From IMG/VR virus record IMGVR_UViG_3300032093_000017: a stretch of 64,000 nt of DNA; one strand, given 5' to 3'. Shown piece after piece: positions 46,940-57,171 of the stretch. Source of the stretch: a virus. The notes under the pieces are model-generated. The model was given only the letters and a program-made list of their open reading frames with translations, was not told where the DNA came from and ran no database searches. Position 1 is the stretch's first letter. Every line of letters begins with the position of its first letter. Position numbers and translations under genes: made by a program.

Positions 46940-48316
46940 ATGTCACATAATCCTCTTCCACAACCAGCAGATGTAGTAGTCATTAGTGCTGGTTCATCAG
47001 TAACAGAAGTTAATAGATTTCCAGTAGGTATTGGAACAACTGGGCAAGTATCAATCAATCTCAACAATTCACCAGTCAGCACAGCAAATCCATTTCCAGT
47101 TACTCTACCACCAATAGCAACTGACGCATTTGGTAGACAAAGAATATCATCACCACTTACACTTTTTGATAGTTCGCACAGATATAGAGATAATAATCTT
47201 TGGAGTGGTTTAGTTGTTGGTACTGGTTCAACAGTTGGATTTGTAACAGCACAAGGTTTAGTAAATTTAACTGTTGGTGTTGGAAGCACTGCATCAATCA
47301 TCAGAGAAACTACAAAAGTATTTTCGTATCAACCAGGAAAATCATTACAAACATTAAATACATTTGTATTCAACCCAGCAAAAGCAAATCTTCGTCAAAG
47401 AGTAGGATACTTTGGTGCAGATAATGGAATGTATTTGGAACTTGATGAAACTAATTTATATTTTGTAGAAAGAACATATGTTCCAGGAATTACAACAGAA
47501 ACAAGAGTAGCACAAGCAGACTGGAATATTGATACGATGCTTGGTGCTGGACATCTCAATCCATCTGGTGTCACATTAGATATTTCCAAAGCACAGATTA
47601 TGTGGATGGATATTGAGTGGTTGGGACTTGGAACCGTAAGATTAGGATTTGTAGTTAATGGTAAGTTTATCCATTGCCATTCATTCCATCACGCAAATAT
47701 TATCAATACAACTTATATCACAACAGCATCACTACCATTAAGATATGAAATTGCAAATACAGGAATTACAACCAGTGCAAGCACACTTAAACAAGTTTGT
47801 TCTTCGGTAATTTCAGAAGGTGGTTATGAACTTCGTGGATTGCAACAAGCAGTTGGAACACCTGTTCAAACACCAGTCGATTTAACAACGGCAGGAACTT
47901 ATTATACAGTTATATCAATTCGCCTTAAAGCAACACCAAATAGATTGGATGCAATTGTAATTCTAACTGCACTTTCAATTCTTGGTATTACAAATAATGC
48001 AACTTATAACTGGCAAGTAAGAGCATCTGGAACATCTGTTGGTGGAACTTGGAATGATGCTGGTCTTGATAGTTCTGTTGAATATAAAATTGATGGTGGA
48101 ACTTATACTGGTGGAAGAATATTAGCATCTGGATATTTGTACGGGTCTAATCAAGGTTCAACACCGGTTGATATTCTTAAAGAGGCATTATTCAAGTTTC
48201 AGTTAGAAAGAGATGCATTAAATGGGACACCTTATGAACTTTCTCTCGTTGCTTCTTCCGATGCTAATGGTGCAGATATTCACGGGTCTATGGACTGGGA
48301 AGAAATTAGTAGGTAA
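46940..48316 (+). CDS. hypothetical, probably virion structural protein
   Basis: 458-aa beta-rich ORF; DAFGRQR, YQPGKS, EWLGLG motifs. Confidence 0.7.
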   Translation: MSHNPLPQPADVVVISAGSSVTEVNRFPVGIGTTGQVSINLNNSPVSTANPFPVTLPPIATDAFGRQRISSPLTLFDSSHRYRDNNLWSGLVVGTGSTVGFVTAQGLVNLTVGVGSTASIIRETTKVFSYQPGKSLQTLNTFVFNPAKANLRQRVGYFGADNGMYLELDETNLYFVERTYVPGITTETRVAQADWNIDTMLGAGHLNPSGVTLDISKAQIMWMDIEWLGLGTVRLGFVVNGKFIHCHSFHHANIINTTYITTASLPLRYEIANTGITTSASTLKQVCSSVISEGGYELRGLQQAVGTPVQTPVDLTTAGTYYTVISIRLKATPNRLDAIVILTALSILGITNNATYNWQVRASGTSVGGTWNDAGLDSSVEYKIDGGTYTGGRILASGYLYGSNQGSTPVDILKEALFKFQLERDALNGTPYELSLVASSDANGADIHGSMDWEEISR

Positions 48317-48358
48317 TACTAGATATTGATAAATAACTAATATAGTCCAATTATTACA

Positions 48359-48910
48359 ATGTCCGTATATAAGATTGTACAAAAAATTACGCCATTGACG
48401 ATGACTGGTGCAGCAGTAACCAGTAATCCAATTGCTTTGAGGTCTGGTTTTTTGAGAATTGTTCCAGAACAAGATGCTTATGTTGAGGTTGCTCCAACCC
48501 CAACAATTAGTACTTCTACGAGTGCTAGTATTTTTGTGAAGGCTGGAACTGAACTTGTTTTAAAAGATACCGCAGTCACTCAAACTATTGTTGGTGTAAC
48601 TACTGGAACTACCACTGTTGTGACTTTACCAGAAGGTACTTTCTCTGATTTTTCTGCTGGTGATATTGTTGAACTTACTGGTATTGTTCCCGCAGGAATT
48701 AACACAACAGCAGCAACTGTTGCATCAGTTGATGCAACGAATGATGCTGGAACAGGTGGATTTAATAGAGTAATTACTCTTACTTGGAATACTTCAAGTC
48801 AAGGACCAGTAACTACTTCCACTGGTGTTTTGAGAAGAGTAACAAAAGTTGCTGCTTATGGTGCAAGTGGAAAACTTCACATCACAGAAATTCAAATCGC
48901 AGGTGGTTAA
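48359..48910 (+). CDS. conserved hypothetical protein upstream of prohead protease
   Basis: GATAAATA late promoter at 48328; 183-aa Thr/Val-rich ORF. Confidence 0.75.
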   Translation: MSVYKIVQKITPLTMTGAAVTSNPIALRSGFLRIVPEQDAYVEVAPTPTISTSTSASIFVKAGTELVLKDTAVTQTIVGVTTGTTTVVTLPEGTFSDFSAGDIVELTGIVPAGINTTAATVASVDATNDAGTGGFNRVITLTWNTSSQGPVTTSTGVLRRVTKVAAYGASGKLHITEIQIAGG

Positions 48911-48914
48911 TCCA

Positions 48915-49565
48915 ATGAAACTTATCACAGAAGAAATAGAAAAGGTAAAAGTAATTACCGAAGAAAAAAATGGAGTTAAATCCCTTTTTATTGAAGGTGT
49001 TTTTCTTCAGGCAAATAGACCAAATAGAAATAAAAGACTCTATGAAATGAGAACTCTTGAAAGAGAAGTCAAAAGATATAATGAAAATTTTATTGCTAAA
49101 GGTCGTGCTCTTGGTGAATTGGGACATCCAGATGGACCAACTTTAAATCTTGATAGAGTATCCCATAAAATTACTATGCTTGAAAGAAAAGATGATAATT
49201 TTATAGGAAAAGCAAAAATTCTTGATACCCCAATGGGAAAAATTGCTTCTTCACTTTTAGGTGAAGGTGTGATGCTTGGTGTTTCTTCTCGTGGTGTTGG
49301 CTCATTGATTCCAACTAATGAAGGTTATTCTTTAGTTGGTGAAGATTTTATGCTTGCAACTGCTGCTGATATTGTTGCAGACCCTTCTGCTCCTGATGCT
49401 TTTGTGAATGGAATTATGGAAGGAAGAGAATGGATATATGATTCCAATAAAAAAACTTGGATTGCGGAATCAATTAAAAATATTATTGAAAAGGATGTAA
49501 AACAAAGAAAATTAACTGAACAGAGAAAATTACAGCATTTTGAAAAGTTTTTGGATATGCTTTGA
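48915..49565 (+). CDS. gp21: prohead protease gp21
   Basis: Start MKLITEE at 48915; ALGELGHP, GVSSRG, DIVADPSAPDA. Confidence 0.95.
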   Translation: MKLITEEIEKVKVITEEKNGVKSLFIEGVFLQANRPNRNKRLYEMRTLEREVKRYNENFIAKGRALGELGHPDGPTLNLDRVSHKITMLERKDDNFIGKAKILDTPMGKIASSLLGEGVMLGVSSRGVGSLIPTNEGYSLVGEDFMLATAADIVADPSAPDAFVNGIMEGREWIYDSNKKTWIAESIKNIIEKDVKQRKLTEQRKLQHFEKFLDML

Positions 49566-49588
49566 TTTTATACATTAAAATTATAAAT

Positions 49589-49596
49589 TATAAATA
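49589..49596 (+). promoter_or_regulatory. T4 late promoter
   Basis: TATAAATA upstream of gp22. Confidence 0.8.
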
Positions 49597-49635
49597 AATA
49601 TAGATTTAAGAAACTAGTTAAATCGGAGAGTTCAA

Positions 49636-50865
49636 ATGTCCCGTGGTAGAAACTTACAAGAAATGGAATCAGACACAAAACAATCTAAAACTGCTGTAAA
49701 TGCCGGTGCAAAGGCAGCAGAACCAATGCAAAAGTTAACCACAGGAATTCCTGATGGTCAAACAGGCAGTTGGGAAGACCTTGGTGGTCCTACTCCAGAA
49801 AATTATCGTTCAGATGATGACTCTGCAAAATTAAAAGACCCTTCAACAACTCTTAAGCAAGTTAAGGATATTGTAAATAAGGGTGCAAAAGCAGCAGAAG
49901 CAATGAAAAAAATGGCTTCTCCAGTCAAAGAATCTTCAGAAGAAGATGAAGATGAAGAACTCGTAGAAGGTGAATATGAAGAAGATGATGATGAAGTAGT
50001 TTCAGAAGCTAAGCATAAGTCCGAAAAGGACGAAGAAGATGAAGAAGATGAAGATGAATACGAAGAAGGTGATGAAGAGGACGAAGAAGATGAGGATGAA
50101 AAAAAGGAAAAGGCAATGAAAGAGGCATTTGCCCAAATTGAAGAAGAAATTGAGGAAGATGTTTCTGCTCTTCTTTCTGGAGAAGAACTTTCCGAAGATT
50201 TTAGAGTAAAAGCAAAAACTGTTTTTGAAGCAGCATTGAATGCTAGAACAAAGCAAATTGAAGAAGCAGTTGTTTTACATTATGAAGAGCAACTTACTGA
50301 AGAAATTATTGCCATTAAGGAAGAACTCACCGAAAGACTTGATTCTTACCTTGAGTATGTTGCTGACGAGTGGATTCAGGAAAATGCTCTTGCAATTGAG
50401 CAAGGCATTAAGACTGAAATGACTGAGAGCTTCCTCTCAGGAATGAAGAGTCTTTTTGAAGAACATTATGTAACAATCCCTGAAGAAAAATATGATGTTA
50501 TTGAAAGTATGGTAGATAAACTTGATGAAATGGAGACAAAACTCAACGAGCAAATTGAAAGAAATGTTGCTCTAAATAAGAGATTAGCCGAATCAGTTAC
50601 CGATGTAATCTTTGCCGAAGTTACTGATGGTCTTGCTCTTTCCCAGAAAGACAAACTCGCTTCTCTTGCCGAAAATGTTGAGTTTGATAGTGAATCAGAC
50701 TATCGTGAGAAACTAGTAACTCTAAGGGAATCTTATTTCCCAAGATATACTGGTGCTCAAATAGACAACTCAGATTATATCTCAGAAGGTATGGAGTATC
50801 GTCAAGAAGTTTCAGGGTCAATGGCCTACTATCTTGATGCACTTGGAAGAGTTTCTAAAAAGTGA
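49636..50865 (+). CDS. gp22: prohead core scaffold gp22
   Basis: Highly acidic; KAKTVFEAA, YLEYVADEW, LRESYF. Confidence 0.93.
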   Translation: MSRGRNLQEMESDTKQSKTAVNAGAKAAEPMQKLTTGIPDGQTGSWEDLGGPTPENYRSDDDSAKLKDPSTTLKQVKDIVNKGAKAAEAMKKMASPVKESSEEDEDEELVEGEYEEDDDEVVSEAKHKSEKDEEDEEDEDEYEEGDEEDEEDEDEKKEKAMKEAFAQIEEEIEEDVSALLSGEELSEDFRVKAKTVFEAALNARTKQIEEAVVLHYEEQLTEEIIAIKEELTERLDSYLEYVADEWIQENALAIEQGIKTEMTESFLSGMKSLFEEHYVTIPEEKYDVIESMVDKLDEMETKLNEQIERNVALNKRLAESVTDVIFAEVTDGLALSQKDKLASLAENVEFDSESDYREKLVTLRESYFPRYTGAQIDNSDYISEGMEYRQEVSGSMAYYLDALGRVSKK

Positions 50866-50915
50866 TTTTTACATTATAAACGATCAAACTAAAACTTTTT
50901 AAAGAGGTAAAAAAA

Positions 50916-52358
50916 ATGCAAATGTTCAATGCAGAGCATCTGCAGGAGAAGTGGTCACCACTCCTTGATTATCAAGGTCTGGACCCAATCAAAGACTCAC
51001 ATCGCAGAATGGTAACTGCGGTTCTCCTGGAGAATCAAGAAAAATTCCTTCGTGAGGAAAGAGAATTCCTCGGCGAAACAACCGCACCAACTAGCACAAC
51101 TGGTTCAACTGGTTCAAGTGCTGGTTTCTCTGGTGGTGCTGTTGCGGGTGGTCCAGTAGCAGGTTTTGATCCTGTTCTGATCTCCCTGATCCGTCGTTCA
51201 ATGCCTAACCTGGTCGCATATGACCTCGCAGGTGTTCAACCAATGAATGGTCCTACAGGACTTATCTTCGCAATGCGTTCACGTTACACCAACCAATCAG
51301 GTGCCGAGGCATTCTTTGATGAAGTTGATACTCAGTTCTCTGGCAGAAAGGGTAATCAATCTCAGTATGCTGTTAATCCTACTGTTGAAGCAAACGTAGG
51401 TTTTGGTACTACTGCTGCACAATCTGGTAGCAATCCTGGTCTTCTTAGTGCTGGTGGTTCTCAGCAAGATTACAACGTTGGTGGTGGTATGTCCACTGCT
51501 GATGCAGAGATTCTTGGTTCCGACTCCGGTGCTTCATTCAATGAGATGGCATTCTCAATTGAGAAAGTCACCGTTACTGCAAAATCCAGAGCACTGAAAG
51601 CCGAGTATTCACTTGAGCTTGCACAAGACCTGAAGGCAATTCACGGTCTGAATGCTGAGGCTGAATTGGCAAACATTCTCTCAACCGAGATTCTTGCTGA
51701 AATCAACCGTGAAGTTATCCGTACCATCTATAAGACTGCAGAGTCTGGTGCTCAGTTCAACGTTGCTAATGCTGGTACTTTTGACCTTGACATTGACTCC
51801 AATGGTCGTTGGTCAGTTGAGAAGTTCAAGGGTCTGATTTTCCAAATTGAAAGAGACGCAAACGCAATTGCACAGCGTACTCGTAGAGGAAAGGGCAACA
51901 TCATTATGTGCTCCTCTGACGTTGCTTCTGCTCTCTCAATGGCTGGTCTCCTTGACTACACCCCTGCACTCAATACAAACCTTAACGTAGATGATACTGG
52001 CAATACTTTTGCTGGTGTTCTGAACGGTAAGTACAGAGTTTACATTGACCCATATTCAGGTGGTGCTGGTAACCCAGCTTCTGGTGCAACTGGTGGTCAG
52101 TACTATGTTGTCGGTTATAAGGGTTCTTCCCCTTATGATGCAGGTCTCTTCTACTGCCCTTATGTTCCTCTCCAAATGGTTCGTGCCGTTGGTGAGAACA
52201 CCTTCCAGCCAAAAATCGGATTCAAGACTCGTTATGGTCTTGTTGCTAACCCATTTGCTGAAGGCAAGTCTGCATCTGCTCCTGAGAGCAATCTTGGTCG
52301 TATTCAGACTAACTCAAACCGTTACTACAGAAGAGTTCAAGTTAAGAACCTTATGTGA
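50916..52358 (+). CDS. gp23: major capsid protein gp23
   Basis: GVQPMNGPTGLIFAMR, SRALKAEYSLELAQDLKAIHG, FQPKIGFKTRYG. Confidence 0.98.
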   Translation: MQMFNAEHLQEKWSPLLDYQGLDPIKDSHRRMVTAVLLENQEKFLREEREFLGETTAPTSTTGSTGSSAGFSGGAVAGGPVAGFDPVLISLIRRSMPNLVAYDLAGVQPMNGPTGLIFAMRSRYTNQSGAEAFFDEVDTQFSGRKGNQSQYAVNPTVEANVGFGTTAAQSGSNPGLLSAGGSQQDYNVGGGMSTADAEILGSDSGASFNEMAFSIEKVTVTAKSRALKAEYSLELAQDLKAIHGLNAEAELANILSTEILAEINREVIRTIYKTAESGAQFNVANAGTFDLDIDSNGRWSVEKFKGLIFQIERDANAIAQRTRRGKGNIIMCSSDVASALSMAGLLDYTPALNTNLNVDDTGNTFAGVLNGKYRVYIDPYSGGAGNPASGATGGQYYVVGYKGSSPYDAGLFYCPYVPLQMVRAVGENTFQPKIGFKTRYGLVANPFAEGKSASAPESNLGRIQTNSNRYYRRVQVKNLM

Positions 52359-52377
52359 TTTCGGTCCACAAATACTG

Positions 52378-52403
52378 GAGGGTCCAAAAGACCCTCTTTT
52401 TTT
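52378..52403 (+). terminator. intrinsic terminator after gp23
   Basis: GAGGGTC-CAAAA-GACCCTC followed by T7. Confidence 0.85.
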
Positions 52404-52408
52404 ATGTC

Positions 52409-52416
52409 TATAAATA
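52409..52416 (+). promoter_or_regulatory. T4 late promoter
   Basis: TATAAATA immediately after the terminator, before gp3. Confidence 0.8.
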
Positions 52417-52425
52417 AAAATAAAA

Positions 52426-52968
52426 ATGAGTCCGAGTCCTTGGTCAAAACAAATTAGTAATAGAAATTACTTGTCCCCTGTAGGATTTAAATTTATTTTA
52501 TCCGAATATCCTAAGGTTGATTTTTTTTCTAATTCATCACAAATACCAGGTATAAATTTAGGAGTTGCAGTTCAATCAAACTATCTGAAAGATATTCCAA
52601 TTCCTGGAGATAAACTTTCTTATGATGATTTTTCTTTTGAGTTTTTTGTAGATGAAAATTTACAAAATTATTTACAAGTCCATAATTGGATGAGAGGTCT
52701 TGGATATCCACAAAGTGTATCTGAATTTCAAGAATTATTAAATTCTGATGAATTTAATCCAGGAGTTCAAGATGCAAACTTTGGACAATCAGATGGAAGT
52801 TTAATCATCTATAATAGTAATTACAATCCTATATCACAAGTCAATTTTAGAGGATTGTTTCCAGTTTCATTATCTACTATAGATTTTAATGCTAAAGAAC
52901 AAGATATCAATTATGTGACTGCAAATGTCACATTCAAATATACTTTATATGACATAGTTGTTTATTGA
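52426..52968 (+). CDS. gp3: tail completion/tube terminator gp3
   Basis: NYLSPVGFKF, IPGDKL, VDENLQNY, FPVSLS. Confidence 0.88.
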   Translation: MSPSPWSKQISNRNYLSPVGFKFILSEYPKVDFFSNSSQIPGINLGVAVQSNYLKDIPIPGDKLSYDDFSFEFFVDENLQNYLQVHNWMRGLGYPQSVSEFQELLNSDEFNPGVQDANFGQSDGSLIIYNSNYNPISQVNFRGLFPVSLSTIDFNAKEQDINYVTANVTFKYTLYDIVVY

Positions 52969-52973
52969 TTTTT

Positions 52974-53402
52974 ATGAACATTGATGAAATTCAAACATTA
53001 TGGGAAGAAGATTCAAAGATAGACCCAGACAATCTGCATCAAGAATCACTTAAAATTCCATCTTTACATTCAAAATATTATAAAATATATAATAACATTA
53101 CTCTTCTTAAAAAAATGGAAGAGAATAAATATAAAATTTTAAAAAAAGAAAAATGGTTATATTATTCTGGAAAAGCAGAACCAGAAGTATATAAAAATAA
53201 TCCATTTGATCATAAGGTTTTAAAACCGGACCTAGATAAGTATATGGATGCAGATCCTGACTTAATCAAAGTAGTATCAAAAATTGAATACTACCAAATG
53301 ATGATTAACTATTTGGATGGGATTTTAAAGACAATATTAAATAGAACCTACCAGATCAAAAATGCCATTGAATATATGAGATTTACTGCGGGATATGACT
53401 AA
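52974..53402 (+). CDS. uvsY: recombination mediator UvsY
   Basis: IPSLHSKY, YYSGKA, RTYQIKNAIE; precedes uvsW. Confidence 0.9.
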   Translation: MNIDEIQTLWEEDSKIDPDNLHQESLKIPSLHSKYYKIYNNITLLKKMEENKYKILKKEKWLYYSGKAEPEVYKNNPFDHKVLKPDLDKYMDADPDLIKVVSKIEYYQMMINYLDGILKTILNRTYQIKNAIEYMRFTAGYD

Positions 53403-54858
53403 TATAATTATTCAAAAAAAGAACGAAATATATTTAAAAGTAGAGGCAGAACCACATATACATCAGGAATTATTTGATTATTTTACTTTTGAAGTTCCTG
53501 GTGCAAAGTTTATGCCTCAATATAGAAGCAAATATTGGGATGGAAAAATAAGACTTTATAGTAATCATACTGGTGAAATATATGTTGGTCTTTTAGACAA
53601 ATTAGTTGCTTGGGCAAAACGATATGAATACACAGTAGAATTTAAAGATAATAAATTTTATGGTTCTCCATTTGAAGAGAACGAAATGATTTCTTTTAAT
53701 GGTGTTTCCGATTATATGAATAAAATATCAAAACACCAACCAAGAGATTATCAAATTGATGCTGTTTATGATGCTTTGCGGTATAATAGAAAACTTTTAA
53801 TTTCCCCAACAGCATCTGGAAAATCTTTGATGATATATACAATCGTAAGATATTTTGTGGATAATAATAAAAATATTTTATTGATTGTTCCAACTACATC
53901 ATTGGTTGAGCAAATGGTAAAGGACTTTTTAGATTATGGATGGGATTCGGAAAAGTATTGTCATAAAATTTATTCTGGAAAAGAAAAAAATACAGACAAA
54001 CCAGTAGTAGTAACCACTTGGCAATCTATTTACAATCTTCAAAGGTCTTTTTATGAAAACTTTGATGTGGTGATTGGGGATGAAGCACATCAATTCAAAT
54101 CAAAGTCTCTCGTGGGCATTATGACCAAGATGGACAATACAAAGTATAGATTTGGATTCACTGGAACTTTAGACGGGTCACAGACTCATAAATGGGTACT
54201 TGAGGGACTCTTTGGTCCATCATACAAAGTCACACAAACAAAAGAACTTATTGAAAAAGGTCATCTTTCAAAACTACAAATTAAAATTTTATTATTAAAA
54301 CATAATTCTCATCAATTTAATGAATATGAAGAGGAAGTTCAATATATTATTGGACACGAAAAACGAAATAATTTTATTAAAAATCTTGTATTAGATTTAA
54401 AAGGTAACAGTCTTGTCCTTTTTAATCGTGTTGAATCTCACGGACAGATTCTATACGAACTTATAAATAATTCTGCTTCAAAAAATAGAAAAGTATTTTT
54501 TGTTCACGGTGGAGTTAATACTGAAACAAGAGAAAAAATAAGAGAAATAACTGAGAAAGAAAACAATGCAATCATTGTTGCTTCTTACGGCACTTTTTCT
54601 ACTGGTATTAACATTAGAAATTTACATAATGTTATTTTTGCTTCCCCTAGTAAATCAAGAATCAGAAACCTCCAATCAATCGGAAGAGTCTTGAGGAAGG
54701 GAGAAAATAAAAATAAAGCAGTTCTTTATGATATTGCTGATGATGCTACATACAAGTCAAGAAAAAATTATACTCTCAATCATTTAATAGAAAGAATTAA
54801 AATATACAATGAAGAAAAATTTAACTATGAAATTTTACAAATTAACTTTAAAAAATAA
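53395..54858 (+). CDS. uvsW: SF2 helicase UvsW
   Basis: PTASGKS, GDEAH, GFTGT, QSIGRVLR. Confidence 0.95.
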   Translation: MTNIIIQKKNEIYLKVEAEPHIHQELFDYFTFEVPGAKFMPQYRSKYWDGKIRLYSNHTGEIYVGLLDKLVAWAKRYEYTVEFKDNKFYGSPFEENEMISFNGVSDYMNKISKHQPRDYQIDAVYDALRYNRKLLISPTASGKSLMIYTIVRYFVDNNKNILLIVPTTSLVEQMVKDFLDYGWDSEKYCHKIYSGKEKNTDKPVVVTTWQSIYNLQRSFYENFDVVIGDEAHQFKSKSLVGIMTKMDNTKYRFGFTGTLDGSQTHKWVLEGLFGPSYKVTQTKELIEKGHLSKLQIKILLLKHNSHQFNEYEEEVQYIIGHEKRNNFIKNLVLDLKGNSLVLFNRVESHGQILYELINNSASKNRKVFFVHGGVNTETREKIREITEKENNAIIVASYGTFSTGINIRNLHNVIFASPSKSRIRNLQSIGRVLRKGENKNKAVLYDIADDATYKSRKNYTLNHLIERIKIYNEEKFNYEILQINFKK

Positions 54859-55254
54859 ATGGAAGAAGACTTTTACGGAATTATAAAATTAATCTCTGGT
54901 GAAGAAGTGTTTGCTAAGATTTGTCCTTTTGATGATGGTGATGATGATACACTTTTAATGTTAGATTCTCCAGTTACTATGGAAACAATTGTAGTTCGTC
55001 AATTGGGAATGACTACAATTAAAGTGAGTCCTTGGATCAAAATGAGTGATGAAGATTTATTTATTATAAAGATGGATAAAATTATAACTGTTACAGAAGT
55101 TTCTGATAAAGATTTAATTAAAATGCATATAAAATATGTAAAAGATAAAAATAGAAAATCAAATAAGACAAAGTTATCAGAAAAAATGGGATATCTATCA
55201 AGCATTGCTGATGCAAGAATATCCTTAGAGAAATTATATAAATCTAATAACTAA
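54859..55254 (+). CDS. conserved hypothetical protein (possible Sm-like fold)
   Basis: IKLISGEEVFA N-terminus; usual position between uvsW and gp55. Confidence 0.75.
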   Translation: MEEDFYGIIKLISGEEVFAKICPFDDGDDDTLLMLDSPVTMETIVVRQLGMTTIKVSPWIKMSDEDLFIIKMDKIITVTEVSDKDLIKMHIKYVKDKNRKSNKTKLSEKMGYLSSIADARISLEKLYKSNN

Positions 55255-55287
55255 AAGATATAATTTATCTTCAAACCTAACAGAGTG

Positions 55288-55338
55288 ATTTTACTCATAT
55301 TTTAAATGTTTGTCAAGTTCCCATTGATGTGGTAAAAT
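55288..55338. promoter_or_regulatory. overlapping divergent sigma70-type promoters
   Basis: + strand TTGTCA(55310)-17-TAAAAT(55333) with TG; - strand TTGACA(55316)-17-TAAAAT(55293). Confidence 0.6.
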
Positions 55339-55376
55339 TATAGTTATTATTAGTAGTTCTACTTTCTCCTTTACAA

Positions 55377-55847
55377 ATGAATAAAATTAAAAAGAATCCA
55401 CATTACGTAAACAATAAAGATTTTTATGATGCTTTATTAGTTTATAAAAATAAAGTTAAAGCAGCAAAAGAACAAGATTTGCCAATCCCACCAATAACAA
55501 ATTATCTCGGTGACTGCTTTTTAAAGATTGCAACACATTTATCATATCGTCCTAATTTTGTAAATTATATTTTTCGTGAAGATATGATTAGTGATGGTGT
55601 TGAAAATTGTGTTCAATATATTAATAATTTTGATTTAAATAGGTCAAATCCATTTGCTTATTTTACTCAAATTGTCTATTATGCTTTTTTGCGTCGTATT
55701 CAGAAAGAGAAAAAGCAAATGGAAATAAAAGAAAAGATTATTGAAAGAAGTGGATACGAGCAGTTGTTTTATGTGGATGATGACTCACCAAATTCTTCTG
55801 ACTATAATACAATTAAAGAAAATATTCAAATGAAATCATATCAATGA
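55377..55847 (+). CDS. gp55: late sigma factor gp55
   Basis: HYVNNKDF, RPNFVNY, NPFAYFTQI..AFLRRI. Confidence 0.95.
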   Translation: MNKIKKNPHYVNNKDFYDALLVYKNKVKAAKEQDLPIPPITNYLGDCFLKIATHLSYRPNFVNYIFREDMISDGVENCVQYINNFDLNRSNPFAYFTQIVYYAFLRRIQKEKKQMEIKEKIIERSGYEQLFYVDDDSPNSSDYNTIKENIQMKSYQ

Positions 55848-56884
55848 AAATTGGAATTATAACTGATACTCATTATAATTTTCGTAAAGCTAATAAGGCA
55901 TTTCACGAATACTTTGAAAGATTTTATAATGATATATTTTTTCCAAACTTAAAGAAAAATAAAATTAAAACGGTTGTTCATCTTGGAGATGCTTTTGATA
56001 ATCGTAAAGGAGTAGATTATTGGGCATTGCAATGGGCAAAACGGAACGTATACGATAAGTTTGAACAACTTGGAATCACTGTATACAGTATTGTTGGAAA
56101 TCACGATGCATATTATAAAAATACTAATGAAGTAAATTCAATTGATGTTTTATTAAACGAGTACTCAAACATTGTAAAAATATCAAGTCCAACTGAAATT
56201 TTTATTGACGATACTGAGTGTGTTTTTTTACCCTGGATTTGCACTGACAATGAGAAGGACACATTCTCACTATTAGAAGAATCAACTGCAAAAATTGTAT
56301 TTGGTCACCTTGAACTGTCTGGATTTTCTGTTTATCCTGGACACGTTCAGGAAAACGGACTGAATAAAAATGTATTCAAAAAGTTTGATAGAGTTTTTTC
56401 TGGGCACTATCATACTTCTAGTAATGATGGCAAGATTTTTTATCTTGGGAATCCATATCAAATGTTTTGGTGTGATGTGAACGATAAAAGGGGATTTCAT
56501 ATTTTTGATACTGATGATTATGCATTAGAAAAAATTGAAAATCCTTACACTATGTTTGAAAAAGTTTATTATGATGACGATAGTGAGGATATTGATTTTT
56601 CCTCACTATCAAACAAGATGATTAAACTTTTTGTACAGAAAAAAGAAAATCATTTAAAGTTTGATAAGTTTGTAAGTCAAATTGTAAATGCAAATCCATT
56701 AGAATTTAAAATTGTTGAGAATTTTGATGTTTATGATGATGATGTGAATTCTGATGAATTTTGTATGGAAGATACACTTAGTATTCTGGATAAATACGTT
56801 GAAGAGTCTGAATTTAATTTAAATAAAACAATCATCAAAAATCTTTTAAGAGATGTTTACAAAGAAGCATTAGAGATAGAGTAA
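55844..56884 (+). CDS. gp47: recombination nuclease gp47 (Mre11/SbcD-like)
   Basis: DTH, GDAFD, GNHD, GHL, SGHYH phosphoesterase motifs. Confidence 0.95.
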   Translation: MKIGIITDTHYNFRKANKAFHEYFERFYNDIFFPNLKKNKIKTVVHLGDAFDNRKGVDYWALQWAKRNVYDKFEQLGITVYSIVGNHDAYYKNTNEVNSIDVLLNEYSNIVKISSPTEIFIDDTECVFLPWICTDNEKDTFSLLEESTAKIVFGHLELSGFSVYPGHVQENGLNKNVFKKFDRVFSGHYHTSSNDGKIFYLGNPYQMFWCDVNDKRGFHIFDTDDYALEKIENPYTMFEKVYYDDDSEDIDFSSLSNKMIKLFVQKKENHLKFDKFVSQIVNANPLEFKIVENFDVYDDDVNSDEFCMEDTLSILDKYVEESEFNLNKTIIKNLLRDVYKEALEIE

Positions 56885-57171
56885 TGTACGTACTATCAAT
56901 TAAAGAACAAGAAGATGAAGGTGCATATGCAGTAATGAATGAAGATGGTGATAAAACTTTGTATATATTTGAAGAAGAAGACGATGCAGAAAGATATGCT
57001 GGTCTCTTAGAAGCAGAAGACTATCCAGAGATGTCTGTGGTTGAAGTAGAAGACGAAGTAGCAATAAAAACCTGTGAAGTATATGGATATAGTTATGCTA
57101 TAATTACCCCTAATGACTTTGTAATACCCCCACGAGATTATGATTCTGTTCAAGAAAATTTCATATCGTAA
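56884..57171 (+). CDS. conserved acidic hypothetical protein
   Basis: FEEEDDAERYAGLLEAED motif; between gp47 and gp46. Confidence 0.75.
   Translation: MYVLSIKEQEDEGAYAVMNEDGDKTLYIFEEEDDAERYAGLLEAEDYPEMSVVEVEDEVAIKTCEVYGYSYAIITPNDFVIPPRDYDSVQENFIS

Noticed and set aside
49940-50100. GAA/GAT-rich low-complexity tract as a separate repeat element
   Set aside because: Simply encodes the acidic linker of scaffold gp22
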